Of a stretch of DNA of 60,725 bases, positions 60,711-60,725 are shown one piece after another (the first letter of the stretch is position 1; each line of letters opens with the position of its first letter). The DNA lies in contig CAQPRV010000013.1 of assembly GCA_948857205.1 (NCBI GenBank), positions 1-60,725 on the forward strand, given 5' to 3'. Source of the stretch: an uncultured Clostridia bacterium (GTDB lineage Bacteria; Bacillota; Clostridia; TANB77; CAG-508). A model generated the notes under the pieces. That model was not told where the DNA came from. It did not search any database and was given only the letters and a program-made list of their open reading frames with translations. Made by a program: the position numbers and the translations under genes.

Positions 60711-60725
60711 TCCCTCTATTCCACC

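Noticed and set aside
1-60725. Search for prophage, defence island, toxin-antitoxin, transposase or integrase genes that might drive the repeats.
   Set aside because: None of the ORFs shows integrase, transposase, Cas or restriction-modification motifs. The repeats appear non-autonomous within this window.

Overview
Very AT-rich, almost entirely minus-strand-coded chromosomal segment of a spore-forming low-GC Firmicute (Clostridia-like: PolC, YlbJ, SleB-like, CotH and ChW-repeat proteins). Reading from the start of the window: (i) bases 1-99 are a GC-rich ORF tail whose composition is foreign to the rest. (ii) Two secreted ChW-repeat enzymes follow, a CotH-family protein and a GH25 muramidase. 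(iii) About 22 kb (5.6-27.6 kb) is a cell-wall or surface polysaccharide locus. It combines an ABC-transporter pathway (Wzm, and Wzt with a C-terminal extension), a coiled-coil methyltransferase, an embedded metK, several GT2 enzymes, a Wzx-like flippase and two Gtr-like three-component glycosylation modules. (iv) The rest is housekeeping: glyQS with a T-box leader, tRNA-Trp, efp, pepP-like, prepilin peptidase, yqeG, holA, a glycogen-debranching-type enzyme, yvcK, murB, ylbJ, rlmB, lepA, an mtaD-like gene and polC. I found no transposase, integrase, CRISPR array or recognisable defence genes. The main observation concerns the five apparent frameshifts, which fall in four genes (polC twice, holA, an M23 peptidase, a GT-C-like paralog). 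Each lies exactly at an in-frame CGG codon. Each is repaired by skipping the C, so that the following GGN is read as a glycine that is conserved in three of the alignments. By hand scan I found no other in-frame CGG codon in any coding region of the AT-rich part of the window. This suggests either CGG-directed +1 recoding or quadruplet decoding, or else a very specific systematic sequencing artefact. The window also holds several families of long palindromic or mosaic intergenic repeats. One family forms terminal inverted repeats around a 1-kb GNAT acetyltransferase cassette, and another copy of that family supplies the C-terminus of the flippase ORF. Other notable items are a protein made of ten tandem HTH repeats and a DnaA-box cluster that is not at an origin.
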